Positions 12,680 through 24,102 of a stretch of 38,773 nt of DNA are shown here, piece after piece. The notes below the pieces were generated by a model. It saw nothing but the letters and a program-made list of their open reading frames with translations. It had not been told where the DNA came from and made no database searches. The stretch lies in NCBI RefSeq assembly GCF_001194135.2, contig NC_068993.1, forward strand, positions 14,522,901-14,561,673, in the 5' to 3' direction. Made by a program: the position numbers and the translations under genes. Position 1 is the first letter of the stretch, and each line of letters starts with the position of its first letter. The DNA is from Octopus bimaculoides. Lineage: Eukaryota.

Positions 12680-13030
12680 AACATCATATTATCACCCTGA
12701 TCTTCATTCTCAAACTCTTAACATCATTATCATCTTCCTTATCATCACCATCATCGTTACCTGCATCATCATATTCATCATTATCATTATCATCATCATG
12801 AGCATCATCGTAACCAATATCATCAGCCAGTGCAGCATCGGTAAAATACATGTTGTCACCATCATTTTTTTCAGTTGTCACTAATGTATCAACCAACATC
12901 AAGAATTATTATCTCACAATTAATTCCGACATCAACGTACATATATGTATTATTAACATCATCATCCGCATCTGAAAAATCATCTTCAACATCAACATCA
13001 TCTTCAACATCTACAGTATTGTTATCATCA
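12680..13030. repeat. Degenerate (CAT)n / (CATCAA) low-complexity tract
   Basis: Seen directly; it produces the Asp-rich and Ser-rich spurious ORFs. Confidence 0.85.
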
Positions 13031-13459
13031 GATGTGAGAATAAAATGTTCATATTTCGTACAAATATGGAGTTGTTCTTATCAACGCCTAAATCATGAGA
13101 TTTTATTTTATCTCCAAGTCTCCATAGTTGGAGCTTGGTATATTTTCTTTTAATTATATGTTCATATATTGATTTTTATGTTAATTCTACGAGGAATTTA
13201 CACCAGTGAGTTTGGAATGAAACTGGAATTTTTGAAGATGAAAAATATAAAATATTCCGGGTGATATTAAATTAAGCGATAATGTCATCAGGAATATCAA
13301 AATGCCAAAATATTATACGTAAATATTCCGATACACAGATACATACATACATACACACGTACATACATACATACATAAATACATACATATATACACACAT
13401 ACATACATAAATACATGCATATATGCATATAAATACATATATATAAACACACACGCACA

Positions 13460-13517
<58 letters not shown>

Positions 13518-14470
13518 NNNNNNNNNNNNNNNNNNNNNNNNNNNNNNNNNNNNNNNNNNNNNNNNNNNNNNNNNNNNNNNNNNNNNNNNNNNNNNNNNNN
13601 NNNNNNNNNNNNNNNNNNNNNNNNNNNNNNNNNNNNNNNNNNNNNNNNNNNNNNNNNNNNNNNNNNNNNNNNNNNNNNNNNNNNNNNNNNNNNNNNNNNN
13701 NNNNNNNNNNNNNNNNNNNNNNNNNNNNNNNNNNNNNNNNNNNNNNNNNNNNNNNNNNNNNNNNNNNNNNNNNNNNNNNNNNNNNNNNNNNNNNNNNNNN
13801 NNNNNNNNNNNNNNNNNNNNNNNNNNNNNNNNNNNNNNNNNNNNNNNNNNNNNNNNNNNNNNNNATATATATATATATATATATATACGGAGATCGTAAA
13901 TGAAGAAAGAGAGAGAGAGAGAGCCTTACATACACACTTCTAAATATTTCTGGAAGAGATAAAGTGTGGTGAATATAATGTAAAATGTCTTCCTTTGTTA
14001 ATTTGTTTACGAATAATTGAATATTTGCGATAACGTTTTACAGTGCTCTAAGTGCATTGTTCTGCGTGTGTCTAGATTCTAAATGATGCGTGTGCTTTAT
14101 GTGTCTCAGATCTTTGCACTTTCGATTCTGAATTAATGTCTAGAGACTCTGAGAATGCACTTTCATTCTTTCCCCCACTCTCTCTATCTCTCTCTCTCTT
14201 GCTCTACCCACACACATACACACACACACGCGCGCATATATGCCTGTATGTACGTAGGCATGTATGTATATCTATATCGATACAATACATTTATATTCAA
14301 TACATATGAACATAGATTTCATCATTTCGCTTTGAAAATACGATTATGTAACTCATGCTTCTTGTCATTCAATTATATACTATATATATATATGTCTGTG
14401 TGTGTGTGTGTGTGTGTGTGTATTGCTTCATACACGGAGACATATGCATATATATATATATATATATATA

Positions 14471-14530
14471 TAGTGGTTAGGATTCTTGGCTTTCACCCAG
14501 GCGGCCCGGGTTCGATTCCTGGCATGGGAA
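14471..14530 (+). pseudogene. trnE-TTC (pseudo): 5'-truncated tRNA-Glu (anticodon TTC) pseudogene
   Basis: TAGTGGTTAGGATTCTTGGCTTTCACCCAGGCGGCCCGGGTTCGATTCCTGGCATGGGAA matches positions 13-73 of eukaryotic tRNA-Glu(UUC). Anticodon stem CTTGG/CCAGG with loop CTTTCAC, T-arm CCGGG/CCTGG with loop TTCGATT, and 3' acceptor strand CATGGGA-A. The first 12 nt are replaced by (TA)n. Confidence 0.9.
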
Positions 14531-14541
14531 CGGCGTTACAT

Positions 14542-15006
14542 AGGTGCAGGAGTGGTTCTGTGGTAAGTAGCTTGGTTACCAACCACGTGGTTCCGGGTTC
14601 AGTCCTACTGCATGCAAACTTGGGCAAGTCTCTTTTTCTATAGCTTCGGGCCGACCAAAGCTATGTGAGTGGATCTGGTAGACGGAAACTGAAAGAAGAT
14701 ATATATATATACNNNNNNNNNNNNNNNNNNNNNNNNNNNNNNNNNNNNNNNNNNNNNNNNNNNNNNNNNNNATATATATTTACATATATATATGTTTGTG
14801 TGTCTGTGTTTGTCCCCCCCAACATCGCTTGACAACAAATTATCTGGTGTGTTTACGTACCCGTAACGTAGCTGTTCATCAAATAAACTGATAGACTAAG
14901 TACTAGGTTTGCAAAGAATAAGTTCTGGGTTCGATTTGCTCGATTAAAGGCGGTGCTCCAGCATGGCCACAGTCAAATGACTGAAACAAATAAAAGAATA
15001 AAATAA
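14542..15006 (+). mobile_element. SINE family B (CORE-like), full length, with internal (TA)n and an N gap
   Basis: tRNA-like head (GGAGTGGTTCTGTGG; GGTTCAGTCC), CTTGGGCAAGT CORE-like motif, internal microsatellite 14699-14795, and tail GGCGGTGCTCCAGCATGGCCACAGTCAAATGACTGAAAC followed by an A-rich end. Confidence 0.9.
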
Positions 15007-15958
15007 CACACACACACACATGGAGACATATACATACGCATGCATACTTGTATATACTTGTGTCTGGATGTATGTGTCTATCCTTGTGTAGTAAGGCTTA
15101 CTAGAAGTTTATCAGTGAATTTAAAGTTTTGGTGTCTTGGAACAGTCATCGTATTTAGTCAATGCTAACCTGTTCCTTATATATATATGTATAGTTATTC
15201 TTGTAGTCAACCGATTGTACAAACTCGCAAAACTCCCATTTTAAAGCGCTGGAAGCCACAAGATAGTTATGGCAACAATATTTCGGGTAGACTATTCAGT
15301 TGTAGAATACCCAAATCCATAGAATCGCTATTCTTAAATAGGGAGACAATTTACTCGAGAAAAAAAATTATATTTAATTTCCCTTCTTTATTCTTTCCAC
15401 CTGCCTTTCTCTACTGTAGTTCTCTTCCTGGGATTCGTTGCTCTTTTTTCCCTTATACTTTCGTTTCATAAGTTAGCTACTCCATTCCTTATATTTTGAG
15501 CATTGCAAACTGTTAGATATTTGGACGTTAACATTTGTAATTTTAGTATCTAATTCTCGAAACTCACAATGATTCTCTCAAAGTCTCGTTTTGATAACGT
15601 CTCCATCAACTAGAAGACTTAAGTTGTATTCAACGACGATAGACGAAACTGAAAGTAAATTTGCAGTAGAACGACAGCAGTAATTGCTTCTATTATCAAT
15701 ACAGCTATACTTTATGGATTCAGTATGTTTTCAGTCTATGAAATTATAAAGATTTCCACCCACATGTAGATGTGTGTGTGTGTGTGCTTTTGTATGTATG
15801 TAACTGATTTTGCCTGTACTAACGTAAGCCTGCATGTCGAACTTTTTGCAAGTGAATAAATGACAAATCCAACAAATGATCATTTGTAAAAACTAAATTC
15901 CATTATGGAACTTTGGAATCTTTTTTTGTCTTACAAGCTGCTTATCTCTACAGGAACG

Positions 15959-16050
15959 GGCGAAATTTAAGTCACTGAAAATGACATTATCAACGATGGC
16001 ACCCGAGGACTAGTGTCTAATACCAGTAAATATATAGTGACAGGAGATAC
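15959..16050 (-). mobile_element. Possible highly degenerate non-LTR reverse transcriptase fragment
   Basis: The - strand reads VSPVTIYLLVLD, then after a frameshift SSGAIVDNVIFSDLNFA, loosely resembling the RTE RT motifs LSP.LFNLV.D and ITDLDFADD. The catalytic DD is not retained. Confidence 0.25.
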
Positions 16051-16916
16051 TGTACTGATGTGGGTGCTGATAATGGTTGTGATTTTGTATATGGTTGGAT
16101 ACCGTTGTGGAGATATTTTTTGGCAAAGTGATAGGTGATGTCTGCATTGTACTGGGTTCTTATTTTGGAAGCAAATATCGATATGAATCTCGGATTTTAT
16201 ACTATTATAATTTGCGGGATTTAAACGGAATGTCTGACCCCGAGAGATAAAGGTGTATCTTTGAAATGAAAACATTTCCCCCTCCCGCACCCCGTAACAA
16301 TGGTGGCTTCAATAAAGGGCATCATATGCAAGATGAAGTTTTTTTAGTTTTTTCAAACACAAGTCTTACCATTCAGAAAGAGGTTTGGTCTTGTGTTGAC
16401 CAAACTGATCTCTTTCGAAGCCTTCTATTCGTGTTTCTGTATCCTCTTGACATCTGCTGTAATATCAAATATATTATACACCTTTACCTATTTTCTGATT
16501 AATTATTGTATTCAATATATCACTACTAGATTGAATTAACGTGTTCATCTTACAGTCTTCTGTAACGTACAAATGTGTATCCTTCTCAGCATTTCTTAAA
16601 GTCATACGATAAATTGTTGTGCATCATTTAATATTTGCGAATTACAGGTCGGGAGGCGGACGTGATTAACTGGAAAATTTCTTTAAAAAAAAAAAAAATT
16701 CACCGCCTGAGCACCGTAATTACGCGGCTTCTTTTGAGATGATTTCTGCACTCGATCGTAATTTGGTATGGCTGCGTCGTTTGCTATGGCTATATTACTG
16801 TAATCTTTCTGAAGCAGAAAGATGTCAGACTTCTCATGCATAATATGTTGTTTTGTTTTGTCTCCTTGTGTGTTTTTTTGTGTGTTTGTTTGTGTTTATT
16901 ATCTTAATTTTTACAG

Positions 16917-17050
16917 CATGTTCACATTGTCAATCTTATGGCAGCTGGAAGTTCATATGAGTACGACATGGATCTTTTTCATCATGCATTTTCACATTCG
17001 TCGGCTAGTATTTATCGTCATATCAACCTTCTCTTTTTCATGCCAATGAT
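16917..17050 (+). other. Candidate 134-nt exon (unverified)
   Basis: Long T/G-rich intron-like tract ending TTTTTACAG and donor AT|GTGAGA. One frame is open (HVHIVNLMAAGSSYEYDMDLFHHAFSHSSASIYRHINLLFFMPM). No recognised homology. Confidence 0.22.
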
Positions 17051-17719
17051 GTGAGAAAGACATTGAAATACATAAAGAAGAGAGCGCGAGGAAAGAGAGA
17101 TCGAGAGTGGAGAGGGTGAGAGAGATTATTTTGATTAAGTCTAGCACATCGAGTGCAGCTATAGCTGATAACGTAGTTAATTTATTTCTCTAGTAAATGA
17201 TATCAGGTGTTTGCTTAATCTTTCACATATAAAGAAATGCAAAAGCAATATTGTAGCGTGGTTCCGAGCACAATTACATATCTGTTTTATTATTATTGAC
17301 TGTTTTCCGTACGATTTAATCCAGTTTTTCATATAAGCATCAAGATCAAGATCAATATATTAGTATATGATGTATCAATCAGAGACATTGATAGGTTTCC
17401 TTTGACGAAGGTAATGGACGTAGCATTTTCACTATTTGATCTTTAATGTAGCTATCATATGTTACTGCTACACGAGTCAAAGGGATTTCATCCTTATTAC
17501 CATCATTAGCATCAGATATAGCGGCGATGGCAATTCTGCATCAAAATCGTTATAAAAATCAGCATTTCCATAATTAATATCCTCATCATTATGAACACGA
17601 TGATGACTATGATGGAGGTGATCAAGGTCATCATCATTATAATAATAACAACTCATATCAATATGACCACCGTTTCATTTCTTCACAACTCTCTCCGCAA
17701 TTTTCCATGATGTTGCTGT

Positions 17720-18027
17720 AGCTCTTCTTCTTCTTCTTCTTCTTCTTGTTCTTCTTCTTCTTCTTCTTCTTCTTCTTCTTCTTCTTCTTCTCCTTCTTCT
17801 TCGTCTTCTTCCTCTTCTTGTTCTTCTTCTTGTACTTCTTCTTGTTCTTCTTCTTGTTCTTCTTCTTCTTCCCCCACTCCTCCTCCTCATCCTCCTCCTT
17901 ATTCTTTTTCTTCTTCTTCTTCTTCTTCCCCCACTCCTCCTCCTCATCCTCCTCCTTATNNNNNNNNNNTTCTTCTTCCCCCACTCCTCCTCCTCATCCT
18001 CCTCCTTATTCTTTTTCTTCTTCTTCT

Positions 18028-18062
<35 letters not shown>

Positions 18063-18253
18063 TTCTCCTCTCCTCTTTCTTCTTCTCCCCTCCTCTTTCT
18101 TCTTCTCCTCCTCCTCCTCCCTAATCTTCTTCTACTTCTTCTTCTCATCCTCCTCCTCCTTCCCTTCCTCCTCCTTCTTCTTCCCCTCCTCCTCCTCCTT
18201 CTACTCTTCCCTCCCCCTCCTCCTCCTCATCCCCATCCTCATCATCCTCATCC

Positions 18254-18302
<49 letters not shown>

Positions 18303-18312
18303 TATCATCATA
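17720..18312. repeat. Polypyrimidine compound microsatellite (CTT)n/(CTC)n ending in (CAT)n
   Basis: Seen directly; source of the poly-K/R/E/F ORFs. Contains a 10-N gap at 17960-17969. Confidence 0.97.
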
Positions 18313-18572
18313 GCTTGAGAATGTCTTTGAGCCGTTGATCCATAAGTGAAGGCGGTTGTCGCTATTTAATATGACGTTCCAATCTCGTTTAACAGCTATC
18401 TAGTCGGATACATCCTGAGATAAAATAATGATCAGACAGTAATTTTCAACATTCTGCACGAAGATCATTTTACAAACATACACTAACTGACGTCAAACAT
18501 GAATAAGTGCACTAATACAACCCTCTTTATTACACCGCACACGTTTATCTTCTTTATCAGAATATATTATGC

Positions 18573-18605
<33 letters not shown>

Positions 18606-18895
18606 CTATATATATACGTACTCAATTGTGGCCTTTCATATGAAAAGCATTCAGATAAAACTCATTACAATCATATGTTGCGTATAGCAAAATTTTCTAT
18701 CAATACTTTTAATGACTAATTTTATTTGGAATCATTTGAATATTATGTTCAAAAATATAATTTAATGAATGGATATTTTTTCGCACATTAATATCGGCAT
18801 TCGAACAGCCTTTATCATATTATATTTTTCAGGGAAATATAATGAATTTCATATATGGAATTAGTAACATTTTCTTATTAATATGCCATTAGGGT

Positions 18896-19115
18896 TAAGG
18901 TGACGAGCTGGTAGAACTGTTAGTTATGACGAGCAAAATTTTAGAAGCATCGCTTCCGCCTTTAGGTTCTGGGTTCAAATTCCGCTGTGGTCGACTTTGA
19001 TTTTCATCCTTTCGGCGTCTATAAATTAGGCACAAGCCGAGCACTGTGGATGATGTAATCGACTAGTCCCCTCCCCAGATTTGCGGGCCTTGTTCTAAAA
19101 TTTGAAACCAATATT
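18896..19115 (+). mobile_element. SINE family A, older subfamily with a TTTGAAACC tail
   Basis: GGTGACGAGCTGGTAGAA head, GGGTTCAAATTCCG B-box, GTCGACTTTGATTTTCATCCTTTCGG body, and GGCCTTGTTCTAAAATTTGAAACCAATATT end. Confidence 0.85.
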
Positions 19116-19576
19116 CTACTGGTGTTTAAATTGTTGTCTCTAAAATGTACCAAGCTAGATATCACGTTAAATAGTCAGTTCTCGTTCAAGCTACAAGCTA
19201 GATATACGTTAAATAGTCAGTTCTCGTTCAACAAATCTAGCCAAGTATACAAATGTGCCAATTAATATATCAACTATTGCTATCAGCAGTCGATTTTCTT
19301 CCGCTTCCTGTACAAAATACCACCATCCACCATTGCTCTATAAATGTAACCTATTGTTGAATTTAGATGGATCCTATCTATACTTAATTTTAGAATGGGT
19401 CTCTATGACGTGAGAATGTGTTAAGATAAATATGGTGTCGGTAGAAATTAAGGTAAACTCGTCACTTGTATTACATTTATGTTTATGTGGATGTGTTGTT
19501 ACTCTATATAGTTCCAAATATATATGTCTGTATGTAAGTATGTATGCATTATATTATGTATGCACGTATGTATATT

Positions 19577-19615
<39 letters not shown>

Positions 19616-19955
19616 TTTATTTAAAAGCAGCAGAAATATAACAAAAAAACTGTTACTCTGAGTTTCACGTTCCCGTTCATCTAACAAAACTNNNNNNNNN
19701 NNNNNNNNNNNNNNNNNNNNNNNNNNNNNNNNNNNNNNNNNNNNNNNNNNNNNNNNNNNNNNNNNNNNNNNNNNNNNNNNNNNNNNNNNNNNNNNNNNNN
19801 NNNNNNNNNNNNNNNNNNNNNNNNNNNNNNNNNNNNNNNNNNNNNNNNNNNNNNNNNNNNNNNNNNNNNNNNNNNNNNNNNNNNNNNNNNNNNNNNNNNN
19901 NNNNNNNNNNNNNTATAAAAACGTGTATATGTCTCTCTCTCTATATATATAAAGT

Positions 19956-20029
19956 TAGATAGATAGATGGATAGACAGATAGATAGATAGATAGATAGAT
20001 AGGTAGATAGATAGATAGGTAGATAGATT

Positions 20030-20086
<57 letters not shown>
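19956..20086. repeat. (GATA)n tetranucleotide microsatellite
   Basis: Seen directly. Confidence 0.97.
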
Positions 20087-20429
20087 GTCCATGAGTTAGG
20101 TGTGCGAAAAGAAGGTATGAGCAAAAGCTTATCGAAAGTGATCAAAATGCATATAATGAGTTATCGAAACAATTTCATAATTCATGAGGAATACTAACTA
20201 TCCCTCAGGCGCAGAGCGACGGTTATGCAACCATTTCTCGCAAATGTTATCCAAGAATTCTTGTCGCGGCCGATCTTCTCAACGCGAGATACTGTGCATA
20301 CGCAGTGAGTGTAACTTCACCCACGTACCTAGGACAAGAAGTATAAGTCGTTGAAGCAACGGGCCCACGCCGATGCACACATATTACACGACCACCACCT
20401 CCACCAGCATCGCCAAATGCTAAACCAAA

Positions 20430-20860
20430 CTTAAAGCCTCTACACGTGTAATATGGAATGCAAAAATCTGCCGCTATTCCCGACGTGAAAGATTGTGTCT
20501 AAAGCGTGGTTGTTTCCCCACTCATCTGCCAGGGACTCGGTGCGATGTTAAAAGCATGATTTCAAGCCACCCCCAAATCTACAGTAGAAACATCTCTACA
20601 GCGGAAGTGCTGCTCCAGACTTTGCCTGCACCTCAGAAGTCACACAGTCATCCACTGATTGCAATAGTAAAATCAGTAGCCAAAGACCAGATACCCTTTA
20701 CCGTAACTAACAGTACAACCCAAACAATCACAAACAAAAACCCTAGCCTAAAGCACGAATATCTGTTGGCCATAATGAATCTGGCAAAAGAAATTAAAAA
20801 AAAAAAACATTTTACCTCACACTCAGTACAAACTACTGATTTTAACACCCTCCTCTCTCA
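20430..20860 (+). mobile_element. Probable degenerate LINE apurinic-type (APE) endonuclease fragment
   Basis: Motifs occur in the expected order: WNA (20454-20462); LICQ(E)TR (20521-20540, 1-nt deletion in the Glu codon); TDFNTLLS (20835-20858, compare L1 GDFNTPLS). N-to-D spacing is 127 codons. Confidence 0.5.
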
Positions 20861-21699
20861 CACTCCTTTTCTCTTTCTATCCTCTCGAAAAGAGATTATT
20901 TTATATATTCCGCTTCCGAAGCAAAATAAGCTGATTCTACCATTAATTCACATGCTTCTCCCTTCTTTGCACTTGTTATAACGAATTAAAATAATCCTGT
21001 CTAACATTTTCTATGATAATTCTGAGTTTTCCTTTCTCCTGACCAAATGGTTATCTCGGTTTCTTTAGAGCTACAACTAGTGGAGTAATGCTACCTACAC
21101 CATACTCTAGAGATTTTAATCGAAATCTTTCCTCGCACACTCAAAGTAACTCAGGGTTTCTCTCATAACAGACAGGAGAAACATTTAGCTATAAAGCCTA
21201 CAAAGATTAAATCTTTATCAACTTGAATTATGGTAGGTTTTTAATGGATAGCAACACTACGACACACACTGTTCAGTTATTTCTATTCTTAGAATTGAAA
21301 CATTACCCAAACATATTTTTTACATACTTTACTTTGATTTTTATATATCAACATCATTTAACCTCTGTATATTTGTATATGAATTATATGCTAATACATC
21401 TCTCCAAATGAAGCTTTTATACAAAAAACAAAACACACTTTTTTATCTTCGGCATTAGTATCTAATCAAAACAAAAAACAAATTATGATCTAACAACTAA
21501 AAGCACTGTGTTTCTGAAACTTTGGTAAGATTCCCCTCCTTCATAAGGCTTCACCACAATCTCAATACATGTAAAAGTATAAAGATGAATCCCTTGCAGC
21601 CGTCATGCTTACTTGAACTCATAATATTTGATGATTTGTTAAAAGTGCAACTTAGTCCCGCGACTCTCTGTTCCCGACAAGAAATAAGTCGGCAATTGC

Positions 21700-21868
21700 G
21701 ATCAGGGATAAGTCAATTACATAGACCCCAGTGATCGATCGGTACTTATTTTATCGACCTCGAAAGAATTAGGAACAAGGTCGACCTGAACTCAGAACGT
21801 CAAGACGGACGAAATACTGCTCAGCAATTTACTCAGCGCACTAAAGATTGTGCCTGCTCACCGCCTTA
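21700..21868 (-). mobile_element. SINE family A, diverged copy
   Basis: GACCCCAGT..GGTACTTATTTTATCGACCTCGAAAG..GTCGACCTGAACTCAGAACG..GCTCACCGCCTT. Confidence 0.8.
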
Positions 21869-22787
21869 TATGCATTATAAAATATCAACACTTCCTTATA
21901 ATCAATTTCCACCTACTTACTAAGCTCTTGTATGCAGCACATTAACTAACTGTTTACAAATGCTCGTAAATATCTTACAACCACCACAGGCCCGATGAAA
22001 GAGGCATTTGACAGATAGAACTCAAACACTAGCTACATGTCAGTGACTGAAAACGTGTCATTTATTATCCTCAGATACTGAAATCGCTTCATTAATCCGT
22101 CATAGTACATTTGAGCAAGTTCTACACATAGATTTTTATTTTGTTCTTAATTATATTCAATAGCACTCAGTGTCAACCGTATACGATGGTATTGTTCTAA
22201 CATTCTCCAATATGCGATTTATGCAACATCCAATTATATAATTTTAAGGAAAATAATAGCTAAAACTCCATGTGAATTCAATATAATTTAACGCCTACGA
22301 ATCCTGATTACTATCTTTCAAGTCATCAATTATTTATTAACATCGCATTCATTTATTATAGAGATATACAAGTTATTGTAATTTCAGAAAATTATACAAT
22401 GACAATAATACACCAATATACATTTATATGCATATATATGCATACATCTATATGTCTGTTTATATATATGTGTGTGCGTGTGTGTGTACTTTCAAACTTA
22501 TATATATATGTGTGTGTGTTTGTGTTGTATGAGTATTATTGTGTGTTCGTGTGTATGTGATTGTGTTGTGCGTGTGTATGTATGTGTGTGCATGTGTGTG
22601 TATGTGTGTATGCGTGTGTGTATGTGTACATTTCATCTATTTCGGAACGAATGAACAGATTATAAATATATGATGAATTCAAATATATTAATGAAGATGC
22701 ATTGGTGGTAACGCATACTGGATATACAAGCGCTTTGTTATTTCTCAGAGTATTATGAAGGAATTAGAGGATACACATAGGATATGA

Positions 22788-22827
<40 letters not shown>

Positions 22828-23657
22828 NNNNNNNNNNNNNNNNNNNNNNNNNNNNNNNNNNNNNNNNNNNNNNNNNNNNNNNNNNNNNNNNNNNNNNNNN
22901 NNNNNNNNNNNNNNNNNNNNNNNNNNNNNNNNNNNNNNNNNNNNNNNNNNNNNNNNNNNNNNNNNNNNNNNNNNNNNNNNNNNNNNNNNNNNNNNNNNNN
23001 NNNNNNNNNNNNNNNNNNNNNNNNNNNNNNNNNNNNNNNNNNNNNNNNNNNNNNNNNNNNNNNNNNNNNNNNNNNNNNNNNNNNNNNNNNNNNNNNNNNN
23101 NNNNNNNNNNNNNNNNNNNNNNNNNNNNNNNNNNNNNNNNNNNNNNNNNNNNNNNNNNNNNNNNNNNNNNNNNNNNNNNNNNNNNNNNNNNNNNNNNNNN
23201 NNNNNNNNNNNNNNNNNNNNNNNNNNNNNNNNNNNNNNNNNNNNNNNNNNNNNNNNNNNNNNNNNNNNNNNNNNNNNNNNNNNNNNNNNNNNNNNNNNNN
23301 NNNNNNNNNNNNNNNNNNNNNNNNNNNNNNNNNNNNNNNNNNNNNNNNNNNNNNNNNNNNNNNNNNNNNNNNNNNNNNNNNNNNNNNNNNNNNNNNNNNN
23401 NNNNNNNNNNNNNNNNNNNNNNNNNNNNNNNNNNNNNNNNNNNNNNNNNNNNNNNNNNNNNNNNNNNNNNNNNNNNNNNNNNNNNNNNNNNNNNNNNNNN
23501 NNNNNNNNNNNNNNNNNNNNNNNNNNNNNNNNNNNNNNNNNNNNNNNNNNNNNNNNNNNNNNNNNNNNNNNNNNNNNNNNNNNNNNNNNNNNNNNNNNNN
23601 NNNNNNNNNNNNNNNNNNNNNNNNNNNNNNNNNNNNNNNNNNNNNNNNNNNNNNNNN
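22828..23657. other. Largest assembly gap (N run)
   Basis: Other N runs lie at about 2179-2188, 3027-3196, 4153-4246, 13518-13864, 14713-14771, 17960-17969, 19692-19913 and 26378-26387. Most abut microsatellites. Confidence 0.99.
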
Positions 23658-24102
23658 AGTGCACAGTAAACTACTAATTCTTTACAATATTAGCTAACGT
23701 GTTCAGAGGAAAAGGTATCACGCGCAATGGAATTTGTGAACCAATGTCAAAAAGAACATTTTAAAATATTATAAAATCATTGTGATATTCCTACTGATGT
23801 CCTAGAATCCGCAAGCTGACTTAGTAGATTCCGGATAGTGGTCTAAGGGAGACAATCCCTTACATTTGACCGGCTGTATGTTCAAAAACTAGCCACGAGC
23901 TCTGTTTTGATGGAAATTTATATAGACCACCGCCTGTTAAGCTCTGATGATTTCTGACTTTCACCAGTTTAATTTTAATTCTACTACATGACTCCGACCA
24001 CAAATTTACATAAATGGTCAAATTTAATCAAAATCAGATGAATTCTGTAAAAGTTACAACATAAAATATTTACCTATTTTTAGGATACAAACGGCTACAA
24101 AT

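Noticed and set aside
17658-18318. Lys/Arg/Glu-rich ORFs resembling protamine or acidic proteins
   Set aside because: Pure (CTT)/(CTC) repeat, open in several frames and interrupted by a gap.
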